The notes beneath the pieces were generated by a model. That model saw nothing but the letters and a program-made list of their open reading frames with translations, did no database searches and was not told where the DNA came from. Made by a program: the position numbers and the translations under genes. A stretch of DNA of 63,758 nucleotides, counting the filler, from Reclinomonas americana ATCC 50394 (taxonomy: Eukaryota): the NCBI GenBank assembly GCA_048213135.1. It is 4 parts of 2 records of this genome, joined end to end, with 100 filler letters (N's around TTAATTAATTAA, not from the genome) between each part and the next. Parts side by side here need not be neighbours in the genome. Positions count along the whole stretch, not along the records: positions 59,867 to 63,758 come from PS015031.1; 3 more parts are not named here. One strand, 5' to 3'. This document shows positions 62,413 to 63,758 of the stretch, in pieces. How positions within the stretch are numbered: position 1 is the stretch's first letter; each line of letters begins with the position of its first letter.

Positions 62413-63423
62413 CTATTGATTGGCGGTGGCATCGACGAGGCGCGGCGGCGGCGCAGATGCCAGCGGGTGACCGCAGCGGTCGGCCAGCCACACCTCGTAC
62501 GAGCAAATGGGAGCCACGGCCCTGTGCGAGGCGCATGAGCTTGCAAAGCATCACCGCAACAAGCGAGAGCAGCGTACCAGTGGTAATACACAAAGGGCTT
62601 CTTGGAGACGACGCGACGCAGCTCGCCGTCGACCGGAATCCACTTGTCGCTCACCACAAAGTGGATCAGGTGCTCCACAAAATCAATGGCGTGCACGTCG
62701 TGCAACTGCGCGCACAACAAGCGAAGGGTGTGAGGCACGCGCTTCGAAGGGACGGAGTACAGAAAAAACATGGAGAACAAAGCACCTCGGTGCTGTCAAA
62801 ATACTCCAGCAACTCGGCTGCGACGGTGGGATCCGTCAAGTTGGCCGGCGTCGGGTCGTAGGAGCCATAGAGCACACCATAGTCGTGGAGGCACGGGAGC
62901 GGCGTCGAAATCTCCATGCCGTAGTCCTCCAGCGCACCCATGGCGGCCCACGCAAAATCGGCGCATGTGACGGACTTCATCTGCCAGTCCGTCGGCCACT
63001 CGCCAAACACATTCCACAACCTGCCAGAAGCACACACGGGTGAGCGACGTGCACAAAGTCATTGAGGAAGAAGGAAAACAACAAGCCACCTGTAATTGGT
63101 GAATAGATCCGGCTGTGCACGAGCCATCGGCAGCCACTCCTTCATGAAACGATTGTACGCCGTGCCGGACACGGTGGCAATCTTCAAGCGCAGTTGCCAG
63201 TACCGATGCGAGAGCGAATTCATGGCGCAAATGCCAGCTGTGGGGGGGAGAAGCGGCGTGGGTGCGAGTGAGAGTGGAGGGGAGGAAGTGCGAGGGAGAC
63301 TGACCGCGATCGCAGTACACCACGTCGTGGTCTCCGTTGGGTTTGGCGTATACGAACGGGAAGGTGGCGTTTTGGATGCTGTACACGGCGTCGAGCTCGA
63401 CGGTGGCGTTCTGGCCGGTCTTG
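62413..63423 (-). CDS. CLN5: CLN5 homologue, 3' part
   Basis: NATFP..VVYCDR|AGIC..YW..IATVSG..YN..W..Y|RLWNV..SVTCADF..L..YG..LYGSYDP..KPFVYY. This follows the CLN5 order NCTFP/WCNQGAAC/VATISG/YETWNV/SYDCSKF/LYSGEP. Confidence 0.8.
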
Positions 63424-63720
63424 CTGCAGGGGGCGAGAAGGGGAAGGGGGGTGAGGAAAGAGGGTAAGGGGGCGGAGAAAGGAAGGTGAGGGGGAAGGAA
63501 GGAAAGGGGAAAAGAGGAGTAGAATCGTGCACGACGAGGGAGAATGGGAGAGGGGCGAGAAAACAACGGCAGAAACGCACGCGCTGTCGAGGGGTGGATG
63601 AAGCAGGAGATGATCGATTGTTGAGCCTTCCTCCCTTCTCACACTCTCGCAATCACTGCTTGCGAGGCACACAAGACAGACCTCTCTCTATCCTTCCTCT
63701 CTCTCTCTCTCTTGTCCCTC

Positions 63721-63758
<38 letters not shown>

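Noticed and set aside
54265-63423. Lysosomal gene cluster (lipase, DRAM-like, CLN5)
   Set aside because: The lipase is on a different scaffold, and two adjacent genes are not enough evidence.

Overview
Draft-assembly DNA from an intron-rich microbial eukaryote. It has GT-AG spliceosomal introns, mostly 40-100 nt plus long CT/GA-microsatellite introns, and apparently the standard genetic code. The window is four unrelated scaffolds joined by artificial N-TTAATTAATTAA-N linkers (27432, 54209, 59811), with many internal gaps. Genes reconstructed by hand-splicing: proteasome ATPase RPT1/PSMC2; a secreted trefoil-EGF-DUF5054 (GH38-like) protein; a coiled-coil protein; a multipass membrane protein; a Cdc123-like ATP-grasp protein; an FLVCR-like MFS first exon; a giant NHL/FN3/Ig-like type I surface protein and a near-identical paralog; a small secreted PH-like protein; a LIPA-family lipase; a PCIF1/CAPAM-like methyltransferase; a Frag1/DRAM protein; and a CLN5 homologue. 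The most unusual locus (about 10.9-17.7 kb, + strand) is one gene of roughly 30 exons, some only 5-8 nt. It fuses a TKL-type kinase to an ADP-ribosylglycohydrolase (ARH/DraG) domain with altered catalytic residues, and probably carries a degenerate Rho/Ras-like domain upstream. All family assignments come from motif recognition, not database searches.
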